Shown in pieces: positions 1 to 13,140 of a stretch of 64,000 nucleotides of DNA; the stretch's first letter is position 1, and each line of letters begins with the position of its first letter. Below the pieces are notes generated by a model that was given only the letters and a program-made list of their open reading frames with translations, ran no database searches and was not told the origin of the DNA. The stretch is from the human T2T-CHM13v2.0 reference genome, Homo sapiens: the NCBI RefSeq assembly GCF_009914755.1, contig NC_060939.1, one strand, 5' to 3'. The position numbers and the translations under genes are program-made.

Positions 1-18
1 TATTTTATATTATCTATA

Positions 19-146
19 ACATAGATATTATATATATACCTATAATGTATATTACATATAACGTAGATATTATATATAATATATATAATGTATATTATAT
101 ATAACGTAGATATTATATATAATATATATAATGTATATTATATATT
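19..146. repeat. Three-copy ~43 bp internal tandem repeat in the AT-rich segment (exemplar; present in every unit)
   Basis: 'acgtagatattatatataatatatataatgtatattatatat' starts at 61 and at 104 (period 43). A degenerate copy starts at 19 ('acatagatattatatatatacctataatgtatattacatata'). Confidence 0.8.
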
Positions 147-388
147 TAATACGTATATTAACCATATAATATATTCTATATATGATATATAATGTATATT
201 ATATATGTCATAAAACATAATATATAATATATGTCATTGTATAAATATAATACTTATATATTATCAATTATTATATTACATTTAATATATATAATATAAG
301 ATGCAGGATGTGAGACAATATTATATATATGTTATTTATATTATATATATGATACTATATATTATTGTATACATAATGTGTATATATA

Positions 389-958
389 TTTGTGGGTGCC
401 CTATTTCCCATCTCATAACTTGTTTTAAGAAGCGCAGCATAATAATGTGTGGGCTTGGGATTCAGTTTTTGAAACAAAACACTGAGCCTTCAATGACCTT
501 TCGGTCTATGTAGAAGCGCTCCTGTCTTCGTGGCAGCAGTTGGACCTCACAATGTGGATTGTGCCGTCACCCTGCAATGTTTATGCCCTATCGCCATGGT
601 GACGGGATTAGGGATCTCCTGCTCTTGGTCCTAAAGGCCACTGTCTGTGCTGTGTTTTTCAAAGGTCAGCACAGAGTGAACCTTTGTGGTTTTATTTTCC
701 CTGAGTTTGATTTTTCTCATGGGGAACCTGTGGTGCTGCTTTGAAGGTATATTCATACTGGCCTTTCAAATGCCAACTCTTCAAATTACTAGTTAATGCT
801 TTCAAAGTATGTTATTTCAAAAATTATCCTCCGTATTTTCCATATGCAGTTATAAATATGTTTCATGGTTATGTTTCATTCCTCAGTTTATATATTTGAT
901 TATTGTACCAAGCAGAGTACCTTTGAAATTTTTTTTCATCTAAAAAATATGTAAATTA
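389..958. repeat. HSATI-like GC-richer segment of the unit (exemplar in U1; recurs at about anchor+88 to anchor+657 in every unit)
   Basis: Non-low-complexity block from 'tttgtgggtgccctatttcccatctc' to 'aaaaaatatgtaaatta', directly upstream of the Alu. I recognise it from memory as the HSATI portion of DYZ2; boundaries are approximate. Confidence 0.85.
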
Positions 959-1248
959 GCTCAGGCCTGTAATCCCAGCAAATTTGGAGGCCAAGGCAAG
1001 GGGATCACAAGGTAAAGAGATCAAGACCATCCTGGCCAATACAGTGAAACGCTGTCACTACTAAAAATCCAAAAAATTAGCTAGGCATTGTGGCAGCTGG
1101 TGTAGTCCCAGTGTGGTGTAGTCCAAGCTACCTGGGAGGCTGAGGGAGGGCAATCGCTTGAACCCGTGAGGCAGATGTTGCAGTGAGCAAATTTGGTGCC
1201 ATTGTACTCCACCCTGTGCAACAGGACAACACTCTGTCTAAAAAAAAA
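959..1248 (+). mobile_element. Decayed 5'-truncated Alu SINE embedded in the satellite unit (U1)
   Basis: 'gctcaggcctgtaatcccagca', 'gagatcaagaccatcctggcc', linker 'ctaaaaatccaaaaaattagc', 'gggaggctgagg', 'gcttgaacc', 'ttgcagtgagc' and an A9 tail align to the dimeric Alu consensus. The first ~14 nt are missing. Confidence 0.96.
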
Positions 1249-2828
1249 TTATATATGATATATGTTATATGTTATGTAATATGCTTTATATGTAATATAT
1301 AACCTCATATATATTATATGTCATAATATATAATAGTTATCCTGTGTCATATTATATATATTATATATTTCATAACATATATAATATATAATACATATTA
1401 TACATCTTATATATGAAAATATGTAATTAGAGATAAAATAACATATAGTTATATATAATATGATATATAACATATATACTATATCATATATGATATATAA
1501 TATATAATTTTTTATTGCATATTATAATTCATATATATTATAATTTATATAATGATATAATTATTTATATAATATAAATAATTATACATGCTTATATAAT
1601 TATATATAATATAAATAATAATATATATAATTACATATTCATATCGTTATATATAATAATACATTTCATATGTAATTATATATATCATATAATAGACAAC
1701 ACACCTAATATATAATATATAATATATATTATACAATATAGGATACAAAAGATGTATGATATATAAGATATCATAATATAATATATATTTTAACATTATG
1801 TATGTAACATGTAATATGTGATATATAAAATAAATTATGTAATATAAAATAATATAATATAATATATACTATATTAAGGTATATTATGTAAAGTATGTAA
1901 TAAAATTATAAGTAACATAATATATAGTTATATATATTATCTTATGTATTTACATAGAGTATTATACAGTTATATATAATTTTAAATTGTTATATATAAT
2001 TTAATATAAAACAAATATAATATACATCATAACATATATATTGTATACCATATATATATTATGTATCATATATTGTATGTTATATATTATATATTCTATA
2101 TCATATATCATATATTATATGTTATATATATCACATTCCACATTTTGTATATTATAAATTATATACAATATATGACATGTATTATATTATATATAATAAA
2201 TTATACATTATATGTAACATAGTATATATTATATGTAACATGTATATTCTATGTAAAATATATAATATATAACATATTACATATAATTAATAACATAGAC
2301 ATATAATATATATTTAATATATGTACTATATATACAACGTATTATACATACTCTATATAATATATATTATATATATGGCATAAAATATAATATATATTAT
2401 ATGTCATATTTCATATATACAATTATATATTATTATATGTTATTTTATATTATATATAACATAGATATAATATATATACCTATAATGTATATTACATATA
2501 ACGTAGATATTATATATAATATATATAATGTATATTATATATAACGTAGATATTATATATAATATATATAATGTATATTATATATTTAATACGTATACTA
2601 ACCATATAATATATTCTATATATGATATATAATATATATTATATATGTCATAAAATATAATATATATTATATGTCATTGTATAAATATAATACTTATATA
2701 TTATCAATTATTATATTACATTTAATATATATAATATAAGATGCAGGATGTGAAACAATATTATATATATGTTATTTATATTATATATATGATACTATAT
2801 ATTATTGTATACATAATGTGTATATATA
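1249..2828. repeat. AT-rich low-complexity segment of the unit (exemplar in U1; ~1.58 kb, recurs in every unit)
   Basis: Degenerate (TA)n/(TATAA)n-like sequence with very few G/C. It starts right after the Alu poly-A tail and is conserved base for base between units. Confidence 0.95.
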
Positions 2829-3397
2829 TTTGTGGGTGCCCTATTTCCCATCTCATAACTTGTTTTAAGAAGCGCAGCATAATAATGTGTGGGCTTGGGA
2901 TTCAGTTTTTGAAACAAAACACTGAGCCTTCAATGACCTTTCGGTCTATGTAGAAGCGCTCCTGTCTTCGTGGCAGCAGTTGGACCTCACAATGTGGATT
3001 GTGCCGTCACCCTGCAATGTTTATGCCCTATCGCCATGGTGACGGGATTAGGGATCTCCTGCTCTTGGTCCTAAAGGCCACTGTCTGTGCTGTGTTTTTC
3101 AAAGGTCAGCACAGAGTGAACCTTTGTGGTTTTATTTTCCCTGAGTTTGATTTTTCTCATGGGGAACCTGTGGTGCTGCTTTGAAGGTATATTCATACTG
3201 GCCTTTCAAATGCCAACTCTTCAAATTACTAGTTAATGCTTTCAAAGTATGTTATTTCAAAAATTATCCTTCGTATTTTCCATATGCAGTTATAAATATG
3301 TTGCATGGTTATGTTTCATTCCTCAGTTTATATATTTGATTATTGTACCAAGCAGAGTACCTTTGAAATTTTTTTCATCTAAAAAATATGTAAATTA

Positions 3398-3687
3398 GCT
3401 CAGGCCTGTAATCCCAGCAAATTTGGAGGCCAAGGCAAGGGGATCACAAGGTAAAGAGATCAAGACCATCCTGGCCAATACAGTGAAAGGCTGTCACTAC
3501 TAAAAATCCAAAAAATTAGCTAGGCATTGTGGCAGCTGGTGTAGTCCCAGTGTGGTGTAGTCCAAGCTACCTGGGAGGCTGAGGGAGGGCAATCGCTTGA
3601 ACCCATGAGGCAGATGTTGCAGTGAGCAAATTTGGTGCCATTGTACTCCACCCTGTGCAACAGGACAACACTCTGTCTAAAAAAAAA
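3398..3687 (+). mobile_element. Alu copy in U2
   Basis: Near-identical to the Alu at 959-1248. Confidence 0.95.
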
Positions 3688-5837
3688 TTATATATGATAT
3701 ATGTTATATGTTATGTAATATGCTTTATATGTAATATATAAACTCATATATATTATATGTCATAATATATAATAGTTATCCTGTGTCATATTATATATAT
3801 TATATATTTCATAACATATATAATATATAATACATATTATACATCTTATATATGAAAATATGTAATTAGAGATAAAATAACATATAGTTATATATAATAT
3901 GATATATAACATATATACTATATCATATATGATATATAATATATAATTTTTTATTGCATATTATAATTCATATATATTATAATTTATATAATGATATAAT
4001 TATTTATATAATATAAATAATTATACATGCTTATATAATTATATATAATATAAATAATAATATATATAATTACATATTCATATCGTTATATATAATAATA
4101 CATTTCATATGTAATTATATATATCATATAATAGACAACACACCTAATATATAATATATAATATATATTACACAATATAGGATACAAAAGATGTATGATA
4201 TATAAGATATCATAATATAATATATATTTTAACATTATGTATGTAACATGTAATATGTGATATATAAAATAAATTATGTAATATAAAATAATATAATATA
4301 ATATATACTATATTAAGGTATATTATGTAAAGTATGTAATAAAATTATAAGTAACATAATATATAGTTATATATATTATCTTATGTATTTACATAGAGTA
4401 TTATACAGTTATATATAATTTTAAATTGTTATATATAATTTAATATAAAACAAATATAATATACATCATAACATATATATTGTATACCATATATATATTA
4501 TGTATCATATATTGTATGTTATATATTATATATTCTATATCATATATCATATATTATATGTTATATATATCACATTCCACATTTTGTATATTATAAATTA
4601 TATACAATACATGACATGTATTATATTATATATAATAAATTATACATTATATGTAACATAGTATATATTATATGTAACATGTATATTCTATGTAAAATAT
4701 ATAATATATAACATATTACATATAATTAATAACATAGACATATAATATATATTTAACATATGTACTATATATACAACGTATTATACATATACTATATAAT
4801 ATATATTATATATATGGCATAAAATATAATATATATTATATGTCATATTTTATATATACAATTATATATTATTATATGTTATTTTATATTATCTATAACA
4901 TAGATATAATATATATACCTATAATGTATATTACATATAACGTAGATATTATATATAATATATATAATGTATATTATATATAACGTAGATATTATATATA
5001 ATATATATAATGTATATTATATATTTAATACGTATACTAACCATATAATATATTCTATATATGATATATAATATATATTATATATGTCATAAAATATAAT
5101 ATATATTATATGTCATTGTATAAATATAATACTTATATATTATCAATTATTATATTACATTTAATATATATAATATAAGATGCAGGATGTGAGACAATAT
5201 TATATATATGTTATTTATATTATATATATGATACTATATATTATTGTATACATAATGTGTATATATATTTGTGGGTGCCCTATTTCCCATCTCATAACTT
5301 GTTTTAAGAAGCGCAGCATAATAATGTGTGGGCTTGGGATTCAGTTTTTGAAACAAAACACTGAGCCTTCAATGACCTTTCGGTCTATGTAGAAGCGCTC
5401 CTGTCTTCGTGGCAGCAGTTGGACCTCACAATGTGGATTGTGCCGTCACCCTGCAATGTTTATGCCCTATCGCCATGGTGACGGGATTAGGGATCTCCTG
5501 CTCTTGGTCCTAAAGGCCACTGTCTGTGCTGTGTTTTTCAAAGGTCAGCACAGAGTGAACCTTTGTGGTTTTATTTTCCCTGAGTTTGATTTTTCTCATG
5601 GGGAACCTGTGGTGCTGCTTTGAAGGTATATTCATACTGGCCTTTCAAATGCCAACTCTTCAAATTACTAGTTAATGCTTTCAAAGTATGTTATTTCAAA
5701 AATTATCCTCCGTATTTTCCATATGCAGTTATAAATATGTTGCATGGTTATGTTTCATTCCTCAGTTTATATATTTGATTATTGTACCAAGCAGCGTACC
5801 TTTGAAATTTTTTTTCATCTAAAAAATATGTAAATTA

Positions 5838-6127
5838 GCTCAGGCCTGTAATCCCAGCAAATTTGGAGGCCAAGACAAGGGGATCACAAGGTAAAGAGAT
5901 CAAGACCATCCTGGCCAATACAGTGAAACGCTGTCACTACTAAAAATCCAAAAAATTAGCTAGGCATTGTGGCAGCTGGTGTAGTCCCAGTGTGGTGTAG
6001 TCCAAGCTACCTGGGAGGCTGAGGGAGGGCAATCGCTTGAACCCGTGAGGCAGATGTTGCAGTGAGCAAATTTGGTGCCATTGTACTCCACCCTGTGCAA
6101 CAGGACAACACTCTGTCTAAAAAAAAA
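5838..6127 (+). mobile_element. Alu copy in U3
   Basis: Near-identical to the Alu at 959-1248. Confidence 0.95.
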
Positions 6128-8268
6128 TTATATATGATATATGTTATATGTTATGTAATATGCTTTATATGAAATATATAACCTCATATATATTATATGT
6201 CATAATATATAATAGTTATCCTGTGTCATTATATATATTATATATTTCATAACATATATAATATATAATACATATTATACATCTTATATATGAAAATATG
6301 TAATTAGAGATAAAATAACATATAGTTATATATAATATGATATATAACATATATACTATATCATATATGATATATAATATATAATTTTTTATTGCATATT
6401 ATAATTCATATATATTATAATTTATATAATGATATAATTATTTATATAATATAAATAATTATACATGATTATATAATTATATATAATATAAATAATAATA
6501 TATATAATTACATATTCATATCGTTATATATAATAATACATTTCATATGTAATTATATATATCATATAATAGACAACACACCTAATATATAATATATAAT
6601 ATATATTATACAATATAGGATACAAAAGATGTATGATATATAAGATATCATAATATAATATATATTTTAACATTATGTATGTAACATGTAATATGTGATA
6701 TATAAAATAAATTATGTAATATAAAATAATATAATATAATATATACTATATTAAGGTATATAATGTAAAGTATGTAATAAAATTATAAGTAACATAATAT
6801 ATAGTTATATATATTATCTTATGTATTTACATAGAGTATTATACAGTTATATATAATTTTAAATTGTTATATATAATTTAATATAAAACAAATATAATAT
6901 ATATCATAACATATATATTGTATACCATATATATATTATGTATCATATATTGTATGTTATATATCATATATTGTATATCATATATTATATGTTATATGTA
7001 TCACATTCCACATTTTGTATATTATAAATTATATACAATATATGACATATATTATATTATATATAATAAATTATACATTATATGTAACATAGTATATATT
7101 ATATGTAACATGTATATTCTATGTAAAATATATAATATATAACATATTACATATAATTAATAACATAGACATATAATATATATTTAACATATGTACTATA
7201 TATACAACGTATTATACATATACTATATAATATATATTATATATATGGCATAAAATATAATATATATTATATGTCATATTTTATATATACAATTATATAT
7301 TATTATATGTTATTTTATATTATCTATAACATAGATATAATATATATACCTATAATGTATATTACATAGAACGTAGATATTATATATAATATATATAATG
7401 TATATTATATATAACGTAGATATTATATATAATATATATAATGTATATTATATATTTAATACGTATATTAACCATATAATATATTCTATATATGATATAT
7501 AATATATATTATATATGTCATAAAACATAATATATAATATATGTCATTGTATAAATATAATACTTATATATTATCAATTATTATATTACATTTAATATAT
7601 ATAATATAAGATGCAGGATGTGAGACAATATTATATATATGTTATTTATATTATATATATGATACTATATATTATTGTATACATAATGTGTATATATATT
7701 TGTGGGTGCCCTATTTCCCATCTCATAACTTGTTTTAAGAAGCGCAGCATAATAATGTGTGGGCTTGGGATTCAGTTTTTGAAACAAAACACTGAGCCTT
7801 CAATGACCTTTCGGTCTACGTAGAAGCGCTCCTGTCTTCGTGGCAGCAGTTGGACCTCACAATGTGGATTGTGCCGTCACCCTGCAATGTTTATGCCCTA
7901 TCGCCATGGTGACGGGATTAGGGATCTCCTGCTCTTGGTCCTAAAGGCCACTGTCTGTGCTGTGTTTTTCAAAGGTCAGCACAGAGTGAACCTTTGTGGT
8001 TTTATTTTCCCTGAGTTTGATTTTTCTCATGGGGAACCTGTGGTGCTGCTTTGAAGGTATATTCATACTGGCCTTTCAAATGCCAACTCTTCAAATTACT
8101 AGTTAATGCTTTCAAAGTATGTTATTTCAAAAATTATCCTCTGTATTTTCCATATGCAGTTATAAATATGTTGCATGGTTATGTTTCATTCCTCAGTTTA
8201 TATATTTGATTATTGTACCAAGCAGCGTACCTTTGAAATTTTTTTTCATCTAAAAAATATGTAAATTA

Positions 8269-8558
8269 GCTCAGGCCTGTAATCCCAGCAAATTTGGAGG
8301 CCAAGGCAAGGGGATCACAAGGTAAAGAGATCAAGACCATCCTGGCCAATACAGTGAAACGCTGTCACTACTAAAAATCCAAAAAATTAGCTAGGCATTG
8401 TGGCAGCTGGTGTAGTCCCAGTGTGGTGTAGTCCAAGCTACCTGGGAGGCTGAGGGAGGGCAATCGCTTGAACCCGTGAGGCAGATGTTGCAGTGAGCAA
8501 ATTTGGTGCCATTGTACTCCACCCTGTGCAACAGGACAACACTCTGTCTAAAAAAAAA
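8269..8558 (+). mobile_element. Alu copy in U4
   Basis: Near-identical to the Alu at 959-1248. Confidence 0.95.
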
Positions 8559-10701
8559 TTATATATGATATATGTTATATGTTATGTAATATGCTTTATA
8601 TGTAATATATAACCTCATATATATTATATGTCATAATATATAATAGTTATCCTGTGTCATATTATATATATTATATATTTCATAACATATATAATATATA
8701 ATACATATTATACATCTTATATATGAAAATATGTAATTAGAGATAAAATAACATATAGTTATATATAATATGATATATAACATATATACTATATCATATA
8801 TGATATATAATATATAATTTTTTATTGCATATTATAATTCATATATATTATAATTTATATAATGATATAATTATTTATATAATATAAATAATTATACATG
8901 ATTATATAATTATATATAATATAAATAATAATATATATAATTACATATTCATATCGTTATATATAATAATACATTTCATATGTAATTATATATATCATAT
9001 AATAGACAACACACCTAATATATAATATATAATATATATTATACAATATAGGATACAAAAGATGTATGATATATAAGATATCATAATATAATATATATTT
9101 TAACATTATGTATGTAACATGTAATATGTGATATATAAAATAAATTATGTAATATAAAATAATATAATATAATATATACTATATTAAGGTATATTATGTA
9201 AAGTATGTAATAAAATTATAAGTAACATAATATATAGTTATATATATTATCTTATGTATTTACATAGAGTATTATACAGTTATATATAATTTTAAATTGT
9301 TATATATAATTTAATATAAAACAAATATAATATACATCATAACATATATATTGTATACCATATATATATTATGTATCATATATTGTATGTTATATATCAT
9401 ATATTGTATATCATATATTATATGTTATATATATCACATTCCACATTTTGTATATTATAAATTATATACAATATATGACATATATTATATTATATATAAT
9501 AAATTATACATTATATGTAACATAGTATATATTATATGTAACATGTATATTCTATGTAAAATATATGATATATAACATATTACATATAATTAATAACATA
9601 GACATATAATATATATTTAACATATGTACTATATATACAACGTATTATACATATACTATATAATATATATTATATATATGGCATAAAATATAATATATAT
9701 TATATGTCATATTTTATATATACAATTATATATTATTATATGTTATTTTATATTATCTATAACATAGATATTATATATATACCTATAATGTATATTACAT
9801 ATAACGTAGATATTATATATAATATATATAATGTATATTATATATAACGTAGATATTATATATAATATATATAATGTATATTATATATTTAATACGTATA
9901 TTAACCATATAATATATTCTATATATGATATATAATGTATATTATATATGTCATAAAACATAATATATAATATATGTCATTGTATAAATATAATACTTAT
10001 ATATTATCAATTATTATATTACATTTAATATATATAATATAAGATGCAGGATGTGAGACAATATTATATATATGTTATTTATATTATATATATGATACTA
10101 TATATTATTGTATACATAATGTGTATATATATTTGTGGGTGCCCTATTTCCCATCTCATAACTTGTTTTAAGAAGCGCAGCATAATAATGTGTGGGCTTG
10201 GGATTCAGTTTTTGAAACAAAACACTGAGCCTTCAATGACCTTTCGGTCTATGTAGAAGCGCTCCTGTCTTCGTGGCAGCAGTTGGACCTCACAATGTGG
10301 ATTGTGCCGTCACCCTGCAATGTTTATGCCCTATCGCCATGGTGACGGGATTAGGGATCTCCTGCTCTTGGTCCTAAAGGCCACTGTCTGTGCTGTGTTT
10401 TTCAAAGGTCAGCACAGAGTGAACCTTTGTGGTTTTATTTTCCCTGAGTTTGATTTTTCTCATGGGGAACCTGTGGTGCTGCTTTGAAGGTATATTCATA
10501 CTGGCCTTTCAAATGCCAACTCTTCAAATTACTAGTTAATGCTTTCAAAGTATGTTATTTCAAAAATTATCCTCCGTATTTTCCATATGCAGTTATAAAT
10601 ATGTTTCATGGTTATGTTTCATTCCTCAGTTTATATATTTGATTATTGTACCAAGCAGAGTACCTTTGAAATTTTTTTTCATCTAAAAAATATGTAAATT
10701 A

Positions 10702-10991
10702 GCTCAGGCCTGTAATCCCAGCAAATTTGGAGGCCAAGGCAAGGGGATCACAAGGTAAAGAGATCAAGACCATCCTGGCCAATACAGTGAAACGCTGTCA
10801 CTACTAAAAATCCAAAAAATTAGCTAGGCATTGTGGCAGCTGGTGTAGTCCCAGTGTGGTGTAGTCCAAGCTACCTGGGAGGCTGAGGGAGGGCAATCGC
10901 TTGAACCCGTGAGGCAGATGTTGCAGTGAGCAAATTTGGTGCCATTGTACTCCACCCTGTGCAACAGGACAACACTCTGTCTAAAAAAAAA
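10702..10991 (+). mobile_element. Alu copy in U5
   Basis: Near-identical to the Alu at 959-1248. Confidence 0.95.
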
Positions 10992-13140
10992 TTATATATG
11001 ATATATGTTATATGTTATGTAATATGCTTTATATGTAATATATAACCTCATATATATTATATGTCATAATATATAATAGTTATCCTGTGTCATATTATAT
11101 ATATTATATATTTCATAACATATATAATATATAATACATATTATACATCTTATATATGAAAATATGTAATTAGAGATAAAATAACATATAGTTATATATA
11201 ATATGATATATAACATATATACTATATCATATATGATATATAATATATAATTTTTTATTGCATATTATAATTCATATATATTATAATTTATATAATGATA
11301 TAATTATTTATATAATATAAATAATTATACATGCTTATATAATTATATATAATATAAATAATAATATATATAATTACATATTCATATCGTTATATATAAT
11401 AATACATTTCATATGTAATTATATATATCATATAATAGACAACACACCTAATATATAATATATAATATATATTATACAATATAGGATACAAAAGATGTAT
11501 GATATATAAGATATCATAATATAATATATATTTTAACATTATGTATGTAACATGTAATATGTGATATATAAAATAAATTATGTAATATAAAATAATATAA
11601 TATAATATATACTATATTAAGGTATATTATGTAAAGTATGTAATAAAATTATAAGTAACATAATATATAGTTATATATATTATCTTATGTATTTACATAG
11701 AGTATTATACAGTTATATATAATTTTAAATTGTTATATATAATTTAATATAAAACAAATATAATATACATCATAACATATATATTGTATACCATATATAT
11801 ATTATGTATCATATATTGTATGTTATATATTATATATTCTATATCATATATCATATATTATATGTTATATATATCACATTCCACATTTTGTATATTATAA
11901 ATTATATACAATATATGACATGTATTATATTATATATAATAAATTATACATTATATGTAACATAGTATATATTATATGTAACATGTATATTCTATGTAAA
12001 ATATATAATATATAACATATTACATATAATTAATAACATAGACATATAATATATATTTAATATATGTACTATATATACAACGTATTATACATACTCTATA
12101 TAATATATATTATATATATGGCATAAAATATAATATATATTATATGTCATATTTCATATATACAATTATATATTATTATATGTTATTTTATATTATATAT
12201 AACATAGATATAATATATATACCTATAATGTATATTACATATAACGTAGATATTATATATAATATATATAATGTATATTATATATAACGTAGATATTATA
12301 TATAATATATATAATGTATATTATATATTTAATACGTATACTAACCATATAATATATTCTATATATGATATATAATATATATTATATATGTCATAAAATA
12401 TAATATATATTATATGTCATTGTATAAATATAATACTTATATATTATCAATTATTATATTACATTTAATATATATAATATAAGATGCAGGATGTGAAACA
12501 ATATTATATATATGTTATTTATATTATATATATGATACTATATATTATTGTATACATAATGTGTATATATATTTGTGGGTGCCCTATTTCCCATCTCATA
12601 ACTTGTTTTAAGAAGCGCAGCATAATAATGTGTGGGCTTGGGATTCAGTTTTTGAAACAAAACACTGAGCCTTCAATGACCTTTCGGTCTATGTAGAAGC
12701 GCTCCTGTCTTCGTGGCAGCAGTTGGACCTCACAATGTGGATTGTGCCGTCACCCTGCAATGTTTATGCCCTATCGCCATGGTGACGGGATTAGGGATCT
12801 CCTGCTCTTGGTCCTAAAGGCCACTGTCTGTGCTGTGTTTTTCAAAGGTCAGCACAGAGTGAACCTTTGTGGTTTTATTTTCCCTGAGTTTGATTTTTCT
12901 CATGGGGAACCTGTGGTGCTGCTTTGAAGGTATATTCATACTGGCCTTTCAAATGCCAACTCTTCAAATTACTAGTTAATGCTTTCAAAGTATGTTATTT
13001 CAAAAATTATCCTCCGTATTTTCCATATGCAGTTATAAATATGTTGCATGGTTATGTTTCATTCCTCAGTTTATATATTTGATTATTGTACCAAGCAGAG
13101 TACCTTTGAAATTTTTTTCATCTAAAAAATATGTAAATTA

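Noticed and set aside
301-513. 70-aa ORF (MQDV...) repeated in all 27 unit starts
   Set aside because: The N-terminal half is a Y/I-rich translation of TA low-complexity DNA. It has no recognisable domain, and its conservation is explained by array homogenisation. Not called a gene without transcript or ribosome evidence.
559-744. 61-aa ORF (MCRHP...) repeated in every unit
   Set aside because: It starts at TTG, is short, has no recognisable motif, and lies within satellite sequence. Identity between copies is no higher than in the surrounding non-ORF DNA.
959-1248. Functional 7SL/Alu ncRNA gene, or 26 independent Alu insertions
   Set aside because: The element is truncated and decayed. All copies share the same flanks and the same 16-bp duplication, so this is one insertion amplified passively.
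1249-2828. Numerous TATA-box and AATAAA-like motifs
   Set aside because: Expected by chance at this AT content, with no associated gene structure.
6918-7142. 74-aa Y/I/C-rich ORFs in some units
   Set aside because: They appear only when small indels shift the frame in AT-rich low-complexity DNA, so they are artefacts.
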